DNA of 64,000 bases, from assembly GCA_963802905.1 (NCBI GenBank), contig CAWDKH010000008.1, positions 360,064-424,063 on the forward strand. The letters run 5' to 3'. Numbering within the stretch: the stretch's first letter is position 1; each line of letters begins with the position of its first letter. The translations under genes and the position numbers were made by a program. This stretch comes from an uncultured Solirubrobacteraceae bacterium. Its GTDB lineage: Bacteria; Actinomycetota; Thermoleophilia; Solirubrobacterales; Solirubrobacteraceae. Of the stretch, positions 28,036 to 40,187 are shown piece by piece. The notes beneath the pieces are model-generated. The model ran no database searches, was not told the DNA's origin, and worked only from the letters and a program-made list of their open reading frames with translations.

Positions 28036-29009
28036 CTGATCGCGACCATCCGCTCGATCGCGGTGCGCGCCCGCTCCGCGATCGCCGGCGGCACGCGCAC
28101 CTCGGGCTCGCCGTCGCGCAGCGCGTCGCGGAGCTTCGGCAGCGTGATCATCTTCATGTAGCGGCAGCTCGCCGCCTCGTTGGCGGCGATGAAGTCGACG
28201 TCCGGCGCGGCCATCTGCAGTCCGTGGAGCATCCCGACCTCGGTCGCGACGATCGCGGTGCCGCCCGGCTGCGCGGTCTGGGCGTACTGGAGCATGCCGC
28301 CGGTCGAGAGCATGTGGACGCCCTCGGGGTCGACGTCGCCGGCCGCGACGTACTCCATGACCGACGTCGAGCACCCGCACTCGGGGTGGATGAGGAAGTC
28401 GGCGCCCGGGTGCTCCGCGCGCATCGCCTCGATGTCGCGCGGGCGGATCCCGGCGTGGACGTGACACTCGCCGTCCCACACCCGCATCGGCTTGCCGGTG
28501 CGCTTCTCGACGAACGCGCCGAGGAACATGTCCGGGCCGAACAGGATCTCGGTGTCGTCGCCGTGCTCGCGGTAGATGTGCTCGACCACGGCGACCGCGT
28601 TGGAGGACGTCACGCAGTAGTCGGTCTCCGCCTTCACCTCGGCCGAGGTGTTGACGTACATCACGACGATCGCGCCGGGGTGCTTGGCCTTCCACGCGCG
28701 CAGCTGCGGCGCGGTGATCGAGTCGGCGAGCGAGCAGCCGGCGTCGGGATCGGGCAGCAGGACGGTCTTCTCGGGGCACAGGATCGAGGCCGTCTCGGCC
28801 ATGAAGTGAACGCCGCAGAACGCGATCGCGTCGGCCTCGGAGCGGGCGGCCCACTGCGAGAGGCCGAGCGAATCGCCCACGTAGTCGGCGACCTCTTGGA
28901 TCTCGGGCAGCTGGTAGTTGTGGGCGAGGATGACGGCGCCGCGCTCGGCGGCCAGCGCCCGTACCTCGTCCTGCAGAGCAGGGATGTTGTCCAGTGAGAG
29001 CAGGGTCAT
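28032..29009 (-). CDS. nadA: quinolinate synthase
   Basis: MTLLSLDNIP...ILAHNYQLPEIQEVADYVGDS...FCGVHFMAETA...ECGCSTS. The ATG at 29009 overlaps the nadC stop (ATGA). Confidence 0.95.
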   Translation of the reverse strand: MTLLSLDNIPALQDEVRALAAERGAVILAHNYQLPEIQEVADYVGDSLGLSQWAARSEADAIAFCGVHFMAETASILCPEKTVLLPDPDAGCSLADSITAPQLRAWKAKHPGAIVVMYVNTSAEVKAETDYCVTSSNAVAVVEHIYREHGDDTEILFGPDMFLGAFVEKRTGKPMRVWDGECHVHAGIRPRDIEAMRAEHPGADFLIHPECGCSTSVMEYVAAGDVDPEGVHMLSTGGMLQYAQTAQPGGTAIVATEVGMLHGLQMAAPDVDFIAANEAASCRYMKMITLPKLRDALRDGEPEVRVPPAIAERARTAIERMVAIS

Positions 29010-29842
29010 GAGGGGAGCGACTCCAGGGACAGGGAGAGGTCGAGAGAGGGCGCGGAGTGCGTGAGTGCGCCCATCGAGACGTAGTCTACTCCATCTATGG
29101 TCGCATAGACCAAAATGCTTTCGGGGGTCACACCACCGGACACCTCGATCTCCGCCCGGCCCCCCACGCGTGCCACCGCGTCGCGCACCTCGACGGGCGT
29201 CATGTTGTCCAGCAGCAGCCGCGGCGCCCCGGCCGCGAGCGCCTCGTCGATCTCTGCGTCGTCGCGCACTTCGACCGCCAGCGGCAGCTCCGGCCGCGCC
29301 GCCTGCGCGCGCCGCACCGCCTCGCCGACGCCGCCGGCAAGCGCCGAGTGGTTCTCCTTGATCAGGATCGCGTCGTAGAGCCCGGCGCGGTGGTTGACGC
29401 CGCCGCCGTGGGCGACCGCGGCCTTCTCGAGCCGCCGCAGACCGGGCGTGGTCTTGCGCGTGTCGAGGATCTGCGCCGTCGCGCCCGCGCCCCGCACCGC
29501 CGAGACGACGCGCGCGGTCAGCGTCGCGATCCCCGACAGCCGGCCGAGGAAGTTCAGCGCCGTGCGCTCGCCGGTCAGCAGCGCCCGCGCGTTGCCCTCG
29601 ACGACGAGCACGCCCGCGCCCGCCTCGCGCCACGCGCCCTCAGGCCCGAGCTGCACGCTCGCGGAGGGATCCAGGTGGCGGAACACGCCCGCGGCGATCT
29701 CGAGCCCCGAGATCACCCCCGGCGCCTTCTGGGTGATCGTCGCCCGCGCCCGCGCGTCGGCGTCGACCGTCGCGGCGCTGGTGGCGTCGCCGTCGCCGAC
29801 GTCCTCGGCGAGCGCCGCGTCGATGAGGTCGACGTCGGTCAA
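29006..29842 (-). CDS. nadC: nicotinate-nucleotide diphosphorylase (carboxylating)
   Basis: LIDAALAEDVGDGDATS...GERTALNFLGRLSGIAT...ILDTRKTTPGLR...HRAGLYDAILIKENH. The TTG start at 29842 overlaps the upstream stop (TTGA). Confidence 0.9.
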   Translation of the reverse strand: MTDVDLIDAALAEDVGDGDATSAATVDADARARATITQKAPGVISGLEIAAGVFRHLDPSASVQLGPEGAWREAGAGVLVVEGNARALLTGERTALNFLGRLSGIATLTARVVSAVRGAGATAQILDTRKTTPGLRRLEKAAVAHGGGVNHRAGLYDAILIKENHSALAGGVGEAVRRAQAARPELPLAVEVRDDAEIDEALAAGAPRLLLDNMTPVEVRDAVARVGGRAEIEVSGGVTPESILVYATIDGVDYVSMGALTHSAPSLDLSLSLESLPS

Positions 29843-31359
29843 TCGCAGAGGACGACGATGGTGCGGAAGTCCGGGTCGCTGGCGCCGTGCAGGCGCGCGC
29901 CCGACTCGCGCAGCTCGCGCAGGTAGCCGACGCCCTCGGCGGTGATCCGCTCGCCCGGGAGCAGCGCGGGGATGCCCGGCGGGTAGCCGGCGATCGCCTC
30001 CGCCGACACGCGGCCGACGGCCTCGTCGACCGGCACCGTCTCCGCCCTGCCGAGGAATGCCTCGCGCGGCGGCACGACGACCTCGTTGACGAGCGCGCCC
30101 GACGCCCGCACCAGCGCCTCCGCGTCGCCGGGCCGCTCGATCCGCCGCACGGTGGTGGCGAAGTCGTGGGTGAAGCGGTCGAGCGCGTCCGCGGGCTGGC
30201 CGAGGCCGAGCACCAGCACCATCGTCGCGTGGGTGGCGAGCTCGACGTGAACGTCGTAGGCGGAGCGCAGCGCTGCGGCGACCTCGTAGCCGCTGCAGCC
30301 GGTGGGGCGGACGTCGATGACGATCCGCAGCGGATCCCAGGCCGCGACGCCCGGCTGGCCCACGAGCTCGCGGCCGACCACGCGGCAGGCGGTCGTGCCG
30401 TCGATGATCTTGCGGGCGCGGGTGGAGGCGGCGATCGTGCGCGACAGCAGCGCGTTGCCGTGGATGACGAGCTGGCGCCGCGCGGCGTCGAGCGAGGCCA
30501 TCAGGAGCGAGGACGGCGACGTCGTGCGCACCAGCCGGACCGCTCGGGCGACCGCGTTGGGGTCGATGCGGCCGGTCGGCGCGACGTGGAGCATCGCCGA
30601 CTGCGTGAGCGAGCCGACGATCTTGTGCGTCGAGGTCAACACGGCGTCCGCGCCCTGCTGGAGCGCCGACGGCGGCAGGTCGGGGTGGAAGCCGAAGTGC
30701 GAGCCCCATGACTGGTCGACCACCAGCGGCACGCCCGCGGCATGGGCGACCTCGGCGCAGCCCGCGACGTCGGCGGCCATCCCGTAGTAGGTCGGCGAGA
30801 CGATCCAGGCCGAGCGCGCCTCCGGCGTTGCGGCCAGCGCCGCCTGGAGCGAGGCCGGGGTCACGCCGTGCGCCATGCCGAGCTCCTCGCCGTACTCAGG
30901 CGCGACGTAGCTCGGCCGCCCGCCCGACAGCACGAGGCCGTCGATCACCGACGCGTGCGAGTTGCGCTGCACCACCAGCGGCGTGCCGAGCGGGGCGAGC
31001 GTGAGGCAGAGCGCGTGGTTGCCCTGGCTGGCGCCGTTGGTCAGGAACCACGAGCGCGCCGCGCCGTGGGCCTCGGCGGCGAGCTGCTCGGCGCGCTGGA
31101 ACGGCGTCGGCTCCGGCCCGAGGTCGATGCCGTAGATGTCCTGGGGGACGTCGAGCATCAGCGCGTCTTCGCCGATCGCGGAGATCAGCCCGGGGTCCGC
31201 GCCCGCGCCGGCCTTGTGGCCGGGGACGTGGAAGCGCGTGGAGCCGCGGAAGCCATAGGCCACGACGGCGTCGAGGTAGGGCGCGGTCGGCTGGTCGGTG
31301 GGGACGACCTGACCCGGGCCGATCGTGACCGGCGCGTAGGGGTCGTTCGAGATCGCCAC
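29839..31359 (-). CDS. Orn/Lys/Arg decarboxylase-family PLP-dependent enzyme
   Basis: OKR_DC_1-type pattern with the PLP lysine region STHKIVGSLTQSAMLHV. GTG start 7 nt after the prfB stop. Confidence 0.8.
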   Translation of the reverse strand: MAISNDPYAPVTIGPGQVVPTDQPTAPYLDAVVAYGFRGSTRFHVPGHKAGAGADPGLISAIGEDALMLDVPQDIYGIDLGPEPTPFQRAEQLAAEAHGAARSWFLTNGASQGNHALCLTLAPLGTPLVVQRNSHASVIDGLVLSGGRPSYVAPEYGEELGMAHGVTPASLQAALAATPEARSAWIVSPTYYGMAADVAGCAEVAHAAGVPLVVDQSWGSHFGFHPDLPPSALQQGADAVLTSTHKIVGSLTQSAMLHVAPTGRIDPNAVARAVRLVRTTSPSSLLMASLDAARRQLVIHGNALLSRTIAASTRARKIIDGTTACRVVGRELVGQPGVAAWDPLRIVIDVRPTGCSGYEVAAALRSAYDVHVELATHATMVLVLGLGQPADALDRFTHDFATTVRRIERPGDAEALVRASGALVNEVVVPPREAFLGRAETVPVDEAVGRVSAEAIAGYPPGIPALLPGERITAEGVGYLRELRESGARLHGASDPDFRTIVVLCD

Positions 31360-31366
31360 CGAGGCC

Positions 31367-32483
31367 CTAGCCCTCGCCCTTGGCCTGCTGCAGGAGGTAG
31401 GCGCGGACGAAGCCGTCGAGGTCGCCGTCGAGCACGCGGTTGGCGTCGCCCATCTCCTCGTCCGTGCGGTGGTCCTTGACCATCGTGTACGGGTGCAGGA
31501 CGTAGGAGCGGATCTGCGAGCCGAAGTTGACGTCCTGGGCCTCGCCGCGCGCCTTGGCGATCTCCTCGCGGCGCTTGCGCTCCTCGAGCTCGACGAGCTT
31601 GGAGCGCAGCATCGCCATCGCGGTCGCCTTGTTCGACGACTGCGAGCGCTCGTTCTGGCACTGGACGACGATGCCGCTCGGCTTGTGGGTGATGCGGACG
31701 GCGGAGTCGGTCTTGTTGACGTGCTGGCCGCCGGCGCCGGAGGCGCGGTAGGTGTCGATCTGGAGGTCCTCGTCGTCGATCTCGATCTCGCCGGACTCCT
31801 CGACCACCGGCGACACCTCGACGCCCGCGAACGAGGTCTGGCGGCGGTGGGCGGCGTCGAACGGCGACAGCCGGACGAGCCGGTGCACGCCCTTCTCGGC
31901 GGCGTACAGCCCGTAGGCGTTCTCGCCCTTGGCGCGGAAGGTGGCGGACTTGATCCCGGCCTCCTCCCCCGCGCTCGCCTCGAGGAGCTCGACGCCGAAG
32001 CCGCGCCGCTCGGCCCAGCGCATCAGCATCCGCAGCACCATCTCGGCCCAGTCCTGGGCGTCGGTGCCGCCGGCGCCGGCGTTGACGGCCACGAGCGCGT
32101 CGCCGGCGTCGTAGGGGCCGGAGAACAGCCGCTCCTCCTCCAGCGCCGCGAGCCGCGTCTCGACGGAGTCGAACGCCTGCTCGACCTCGGCGGCGACCTC
32201 AGGGTCCTCCTCGGCGAGCTCGACCAGGCCTTCGAGGTCGTCGACATCGCCGGCGAGCTGCTCGTACGTGGTCAGCCGCCGCGTCTGGCGGGAGTGCTCG
32301 GAGCCGACGCGCCCGGCGGCCTCCGGGTCGTCCCAGAAGCCCGGCTCGCCCATCTGGCGCTCGAGCGCCTCGACGCGGTCCTTCAGCGCTTGCGGGTCAA
32401 AGGTAGTCCGCGAGCAGGGACAGCTGCTCGCGGATGGCGGCCAGGCGCTGCGGCGTGGGCTGTGATGTGGCGGGACCGGCCAT
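31367..32483 (-). CDS. prfB: peptide chain release factor 2 (programmed +1 frameshift: 32483..32400 then 32398..31367)
   Basis: ORF0 is ATG(32483) MAGPATSQPTPQRLAAIREQLSLLADYL and ends at CTT TGA C (stop at 32399-32397). The +1 frame continues DPQALKDRVEALERQMGEPGFWDD... through the SPF/GGQ-containing RF2 body (RASGAGGQHVN). Confidence 0.9.
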
Positions 32484-32504
32484 GGCACCTGTGAATCTAG
32501 CGGC

Positions 32505-32645
32505 TCAGCACTGGGCGGTTCCGCGGGTGTACTCGGTCTCGCCCATGTAGACCAGGTGGGAGTCCACGAGTGTCATGAGCCGGTCGCCGGACTGGGGCGA
32601 GCGCTCGCAGCCGGTGCCGGAGCATGACTGGCGACTGATCTTCAT
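32505..32645 (-). CDS. small Cys-containing ORF (hypothetical, 46 aa)
   Basis: MKISRQSCSGTGCERSPQSGDRLMTLVDSHLVYMGETEYTRGTAQC. 42 of 46 codons end in G/C. AAGGG lies just upstream of the ATG. It sits in the 224-bp gap between prfB and the sensor kinase. It is below the size cutoff of the track as an independent ORF. Confidence 0.3.
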   Translation of the reverse strand: MKISRQSCSGTGCERSPQSGDRLMTLVDSHLVYMGETEYTRGTAQC

Positions 32646-32711
32646 GCCCTTGACTATCGGTCCAGTGGTGGCACGGTTGTGCGCTCGCGCACGCGCGGAG
32701 ATGATCGTCGC

Positions 32712-34679
32712 ATGCGCCTGCCGTGGATCGCCGCCGCCGGCATCTCGATCCTGTTCGTCGCCTCCGCCCTGCTCGACGCGCTGTCCGGTCACGGCGCCGC
32801 GCTCGCCGCCAACGTCGCATGGACGGTGGCGGCCGTGGTGTCGATCGGATTCGGGTTGCTCGTCGTCATCCGGCGGCAGGGTCATCCGGTCGGCTGGCTG
32901 CTGGTCGGCAACGGCGCAGTGCTCGTGGGCATCGGGTTCGCCGAGAGCTACGCGCGCTACGCCACGCTCGGTCACCCGGGCGCGCTTCCGGGCGGCGCCT
33001 GGGCGGCGCTCGTCTCCGACCGCGCGTGGCCGCTCATCTTCGTCGGGGTGACCGCGATCGGCTGGGTGTTCCCCGACGGCCGGCTGCCCTCCCCGCGCTG
33101 GCGCCCGTGGGCGCTCGCGGCCGCGCTGTCGTTCGCCGGCCTGATCGTGTGCACGGTGCTGGAGGCCGTGCCCTTCAGCGACCCGTTCGCCGACGTGCCG
33201 CGGCCGTTCTCCGGCGTGTCCGACGCCGCCATCGGCGTGCCGTTGAGCCTCTGCGCGCTGGGCTCGGTCGGCGCCCTCATCGGCGCCGTGGTCGCGGTGC
33301 GGACCCGGCTGCGGCGCTCCTCGGGGATCGAGCGCCAGCAGCTGCGGTGGCTTGCATACGCCGCCACGCTCGTCCCCATCGCGGTCGCGATCTGTCTGCT
33401 GGAGGTGGCCGTCTCCGGCGGCGACGGCCCGATCGCGCTGACGTTCGGGATCGTCGCGCTGACTGCGGTGCCAACCGCGGTGAGCATCGCGATCCTCCGC
33501 TACCGGCTCTACGAGATCGACCGGCTGATCAACCGCACGCTGGTCTACGGCGTGCTGACCGCGACGCTGGCCGCGGTCTTCGCGGCGATCTCGCTCGGGA
33601 TCGGGGTCGCCGTCGGCTCCGGCTCGACGCTGGCCACGGCGGCCGCGACGCTCGCCGTCGCCCTGCTGTTCGGGCCGCTGCGCGCCCGCGTCCAGTTGCT
33701 GGTCGACCGCCGCTTCGACCGCGCCCGTTACGCCGGGCTCCAGGCGGTGCAGCAGTTCCTCGAGGACCTGCGCGCGGGCCGCGCGGCGCCGGAGGCGACC
33801 GGCGCCATGCTCGCGGAGGCGCTCGGGGATCCCGATCTCGAGCTGCGCTTCCGGCTCGACGGCGACGTCGAGGTCGACGCGGCCGGCCGCGTGCTCGAGG
33901 GCCCCGATCCCCCGGGCCGGATGCGGACCCCGGTGCGGCGCGGCGGCCTCGCGCTGGCGACGGTCGTCCACGATCCGTCGCTCGCCGAGCGACCCGACCT
34001 GCTGGACAGCACGATCGGCGCCGCCGGGCTCGCGATCGAGATCGCGCGCCTGCGCGTCGAGGTGCGTCGCCAGCTCGCAGAGGTCGAGGCGTCGCGCGCG
34101 CGCATCGTCACCGCCGGTTACGAGGAGCGCCGCCGGCTCGAGCGCGACATCCACGACGGCGCGCAGCAGCGGCTCGTCTCGATCGGCCTCGCCCTGCGCC
34201 ACCTCCAGCACCAGCTGCCCGACCCGGCCCCGCTCGACCCCGTCGTGGTCGAGGTCTCGGGCGCGATCGAGGAGCTGCGCGAGCTCGCCCGCGGCGTGCG
34301 GCCGGCGGGCCTCGACGACGGGCTCGGCCATGCCCTGCGCGTCCTGGCGGCCCGCTCGCGACTCAAGACGCGCATCGATGTCACCGACGAGCGCTTTGAG
34401 GACCGGATCGAGACCGCGGCCTACTTCGTGGCGAGCGAGGCGCTCGCCAACGCCGCCAAGCACGCCCGCGCCGCGACGGTCGCGGTGGCGGCCACGCGCA
34501 GCAACGGCAGCCTCGTCGTGCGGGTGCGCGACGACGGCGTCGGCGGCGCGCTGCCGTCGGAGGGTTCCGGCCTGGCCGGGATCACCGACCGCGTCGCCGC
34601 GCTGGGCGGCAGCGTGTCGGTCACGAGCCCGCCAGGTCGCGGGACCGAGGTCGTCGCGGAGCTGCCGTGCGGGTCGTGA
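32712..34679 (+). CDS. sensor histidine kinase (HisKA_3/NarL-type partner)
   Basis: Roughly 8 TM N-terminal region, then the HisKA_3 H-box ERRRLERDIHDGAQQRL and HATPase_c (ETAAYFVASEALANAAKHA...VRDDGVGG...GLAGITDRV). Confidence 0.85.
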   Translation: MRLPWIAAAGISILFVASALLDALSGHGAALAANVAWTVAAVVSIGFGLLVVIRRQGHPVGWLLVGNGAVLVGIGFAESYARYATLGHPGALPGGAWAALVSDRAWPLIFVGVTAIGWVFPDGRLPSPRWRPWALAAALSFAGLIVCTVLEAVPFSDPFADVPRPFSGVSDAAIGVPLSLCALGSVGALIGAVVAVRTRLRRSSGIERQQLRWLAYAATLVPIAVAICLLEVAVSGGDGPIALTFGIVALTAVPTAVSIAILRYRLYEIDRLINRTLVYGVLTATLAAVFAAISLGIGVAVGSGSTLATAAATLAVALLFGPLRARVQLLVDRRFDRARYAGLQAVQQFLEDLRAGRAAPEATGAMLAEALGDPDLELRFRLDGDVEVDAAGRVLEGPDPPGRMRTPVRRGGLALATVVHDPSLAERPDLLDSTIGAAGLAIEIARLRVEVRRQLAEVEASRARIVTAGYEERRRLERDIHDGAQQRLVSIGLALRHLQHQLPDPAPLDPVVVEVSGAIEELRELARGVRPAGLDDGLGHALRVLAARSRLKTRIDVTDERFEDRIETAAYFVASEALANAAKHARAATVAVAATRSNGSLVVRVRDDGVGGALPSEGSGLAGITDRVAALGGSVSVTSPPGRGTEVVAELPCGS

Positions 34680-35317
34680 TCGCCGAGGACCAGGCGCTGC
34701 TGCGCGACGGCCTGGAGCGGCTGTTCGAGGACAGCGGCCACACCGTGGTCGCCGCCGTCGGCGACGCCGACCGGCTGCGCGGGGCGGTCAGCGAGCACGA
34801 GCCCGACCTCGCCGTCGTCGACGTCCGCATGCCGCCCACCCACACCGACGAGGGCATCCGCGCCGCGCGCTGGATCCGCGACGCCCATCCCGATGTCGGC
34901 GTGCTCGTGCTCTCCCAGCACGTCGAGGCGGCCGGGGCCGTCGGGCTGGTGTCGCAGGGTGGCTTCGGCTACCTGCTCAAGGACCGGGTGCTCGACGTCG
35001 GCGACTTCGTCGAGGCGGCCGAGCGCGTCGCGCGCGGCGGCTCGGCGCTCGATCCGCAGGTCGTCTCCTCGCTCGTCGGCGGCGAGGCCACCGACGCGCT
35101 CGCGGTGCTGAGCGCGCGCGAGCGCGAGGTGCTCTCGCTGATGGCCGAGGGCCTCACCAACAGCGCCATCGCGCGCCGCCTGGTGCTGACCGAGCGGACG
35201 GTCGAGGGGCACGTCCGCAGCGTGCTGATGAAGCTCTCGCTGCCCGCGGGAGAGGACGCGCACCGGCGCGTGCTCGCGGTCATCGCGTACCTCCGCGCAG
35301 CCGAGATCCAGCGCTAG
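34667..35317 (+). CDS. LuxR/NarL-family response regulator
   Basis: REC domain (MRVVIAEDQALLRDGL...DLAVVDVRMPP) plus LuxR HTH (LSAREREVLSLMAEGLTNSAIARRLVLTERTVEGHV). GTG start overlaps the kinase gene end. Confidence 0.9.
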   Translation: MRVVIAEDQALLRDGLERLFEDSGHTVVAAVGDADRLRGAVSEHEPDLAVVDVRMPPTHTDEGIRAARWIRDAHPDVGVLVLSQHVEAAGAVGLVSQGGFGYLLKDRVLDVGDFVEAAERVARGGSALDPQVVSSLVGGEATDALAVLSAREREVLSLMAEGLTNSAIARRLVLTERTVEGHVRSVLMKLSLPAGEDAHRRVLAVIAYLRAAEIQR

Positions 35318-35379
35318 CACTCGGACGGTCCAGTGCTGGCCCGGACGACGGGCGGCCGCTGCGGACGGATGCTGGCGCC

Positions 35380-35877
35380 ATGTCCACCACCACTCACCGC
35401 ATCTCCCGGCTCGCCGCGGCCGTCGCCCTCGGGGCGCTCGCCGCCGCCGCCGTGACCGGCCCCGGCGCCTCGGCGCAAGGCGGCCGCACCATCAGCCTCA
35501 CGGAGCTCGAGAAGGGCGCCACGTTCAAGCACATCCGCAACACGAAGGTGAAGTCGCAGAACGCGAACTCGCTCGGCGACGTGATCGTGTTCACCAACCG
35601 CGTCGTCGACACGGCGGGCAAGGTCGTCGGCAAGAACCACGCGGTGTGCGCGACGACCGTGGGCGCGCGCAACTTCCCCAAGTCCGACATCACCTGCAAC
35701 GGGTCGCTCGTGCTCCGTGACGGGACGATGAGCTGGCAGGGCACCTTCAACGTCGGCTCGTCGTCGGGCACGGGCACGATCACGGGCGGGACGGCGGCCT
35801 ACGCGAATGCCCGCGGCGTGTTCGTCACAAAGCAGGACAGCAAGGGCACGCACGACACGATCACGCTGGCGGGCTGA
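35380..35877 (+). CDS. secreted dirigent / allene-oxide-cyclase-barrel-like protein
   Basis: Signal peptide MSTTTHRISRLAAAVALGALAAAAVTGPGASA. Body pattern (GDVIVFTN...CNGSLVLRDGTMSWQGTF...ITGGTAAYANARG) is like bacterial dirigent-like proteins. Confidence 0.5.
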   Translation: MSTTTHRISRLAAAVALGALAAAAVTGPGASAQGGRTISLTELEKGATFKHIRNTKVKSQNANSLGDVIVFTNRVVDTAGKVVGKNHAVCATTVGARNFPKSDITCNGSLVLRDGTMSWQGTFNVGSSSGTGTITGGTAAYANARGVFVTKQDSKGTHDTITLAG

Positions 35878-35880
35878 TCG

Positions 35881-36194
35881 ATGACCGCCTCCACACACCG
35901 CGCCGCTGTCGACGTCGCCCCGCGCACCGCGCGACCCGGCCTCGCCCTGCTGCTCGCCGTACTCGCCATCCCCGGCTCGACCTGGGCGTGGGACCTCCCG
36001 CTCGGCGGCCTCTGGATCGGCCTGCCGCTCGCCGTCGCCGCGATCGTGCTCGGGCTGCGCGCGCGCCAGGCAGGCGTCGGGCGCGTCATGGCGACCGCCG
36101 CGATCGTGATCGCCGGCCTCTGCGTCGCTGCAGATGGCCGTCTACACGGTCGCTTCGTCGGTCAGCTAGCCGCGAAGAGGTGCCACGGCGTGTC

Positions 36195-36198
<4 letters not shown>
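35881..36198 (+). CDS. small membrane protein (hypothetical)
   Basis: Three hydrophobic segments. The last ~20 codons lose GC3 bias, whereas the next frame reads ...ASLQMAVYTVASSVS* with high GC3 and ends at 36169. The C-terminus is therefore uncertain and a frameshift is possible. Confidence 0.4.
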
Positions 36199-39020
<2,822 letters not shown>

Positions 39021-39050
39021 ACGTCCAGTGTAGGGCGCGCCGGAGGCGCG

Positions 39051-39425
39051 CTACATCGCCGGCAGCTGGCCGCCCGCGGCCTCGGGCGGCGGCATCTGCG
39101 CCCCCGCGGCGGCGCGCTGCTCGCGCCGCTTGCGCCGCTTGTCGCGGTGGCGCTTGACCTGGCGGCCGAGCTCGTCGGCGACCAGGTTGACGGAGTGGTT
39201 GAGGTCGCGCGACGCGTCCTTCGCCCGCAACGTGACGCCCTTCAGGTACAGGGTTGCCTCGGCCACCATGTTCTCCGGGTTGGCCGGGTTGCGCTCCTTG
39301 CAGACCTCGATCTCGAGCACCGCGAGCTCAGACACCTGCTTGGCGATCTTCGAGAACCGGCGGGTGACGTGCTCCCGCAGTTCGTCAGTGACCGGAAGGT
39401 TGCGTCCCTTTACTTCGATTCGCAT
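39051..39425 (-). CDS. hpf: ribosome hibernation promoting factor (short HPF/RaiA)
   Basis: MRIEVKGRNLPVTDELREHVTRRFSKI... GAGGAG RBS. A 7-bp GC hairpin (39035-39051) overlaps its stop codon upstream of secA. Confidence 0.9.
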   Translation of the reverse strand: MRIEVKGRNLPVTDELREHVTRRFSKIAKQVSELAVLEIEVCKERNPANPENMVAEATLYLKGVTLRAKDASRDLNHSVNLVADELGRQVKRHRDKRRKRREQRAAAGAQMPPPEAAGGQLPAM

Positions 39426-39479
39426 GGGACTCCTCTCGTCTGCGCAAGCGTTGCAGGGGGCCTCGGATGCTACAGGCGT

Positions 39480-40148
39480 TCACAGCGTTCTTACATAGGT
39501 CGCGGCACCCACCCACTCCGCGCCCCGCTCTTTGAGAGCGTGGGCGCACGCGTCGAGCGTCGCGCCGGTGGTGTGGACGTCGTCGACGAGCACCACCGCG
39601 CGCGGCGGCGCGGATGTGGCCACCGCCGCGAAGCGGCCCGCGCTGCGCCGCAGCGTGCGCCCCGCGCCGACCTGCCGGCGCCCCCGGTCGGCCCGCCTGA
39701 GGCACGGCGAAAGCGGCAGCCCGGTCCGCTCTGAAAGCCCGTCCGCGAGCAGCGCCGCCGGGTCGAAACCCCGCCTGCGCCGCCGCCCGCGGTGCGCGGG
39801 GACCGGCACGAGGCACGCGCGCAGGTCGGCGGGGAGGTTGGCGGCCATGTGCGCCGCCATCAGGCCGGCGAGCGGGAGCGCGGCGTCGAACTTGAGCGCG
39901 CGCACGATGTCGCGCGCCGCGCCCTCGTAGGCGAGCGGCGCCCACGCGCGGTCGAACGCGGCGGCCGCCGCGGGGCAGCCGGAGCGATGCCGGGGCAACG
40001 CGCAGCGCGGACAGCGGTGCCCGCGCAGCCACGGCAGGCGCCGCAGGCACTCGCCACATATCTGACCGCTCGCGGGCCGGCGGCAGGCGGCGCAGGAGGG
40101 TGGCGCGAGGAGATCGAGGATCGGCACCGCCCCAGCCTGCCGCCTCAC
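39480..40148 (-). CDS. ComF family phosphoribosyltransferase-domain protein
   Basis: N-terminal Cys pairs (PSCAACRRP...CGECL...CPRC) and the PRTase motif VLVDDVHTTGATL. Confidence 0.8.
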   Translation of the reverse strand: MRRQAGAVPILDLLAPPSCAACRRPASGQICGECLRRLPWLRGHRCPRCALPRHRSGCPAAAAAFDRAWAPLAYEGAARDIVRALKFDAALPLAGLMAAHMAANLPADLRACLVPVPAHRGRRRRRGFDPAALLADGLSERTGLPLSPCLRRADRGRRQVGAGRTLRRSAGRFAAVATSAPPRAVVLVDDVHTTGATLDACAHALKERGAEWVGAATYVRTL

Positions 40149-40187
40149 GGGTGCCGGAACAGCACGCGAACGTCACAATCGTGCGAC

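Noticed and set aside
31367-32488. A single uninterrupted 373-aa prfB ORF starting at GTG 32488
   Set aside because: Its first ~30 residues (MPWPVPPHHSPRRSAWPPSASSCPCSRTT) are not RF2-like. The ATG-initiated frame 0, ending in CTT TGA C, gives the expected RF2 N-terminus.
32505-32645. RiPP or PqqA-like precursor reading of the 46-aa ORF (GETEY near the C-terminus)
   Set aside because: The E-x-x-x-Y spacing of PqqA is not met. No radical-SAM, cyclodehydratase, lanthionine or ATP-grasp maturation genes are nearby.
32669-32682. Sigma-54-like TGGCAC-N-TGC element upstream of the sensor kinase
   Set aside because: The spacing between the GG and GC dinucleotides is one base short of the consensus. 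Sigma-54 is not expected in this type of organism. It is most likely chance.
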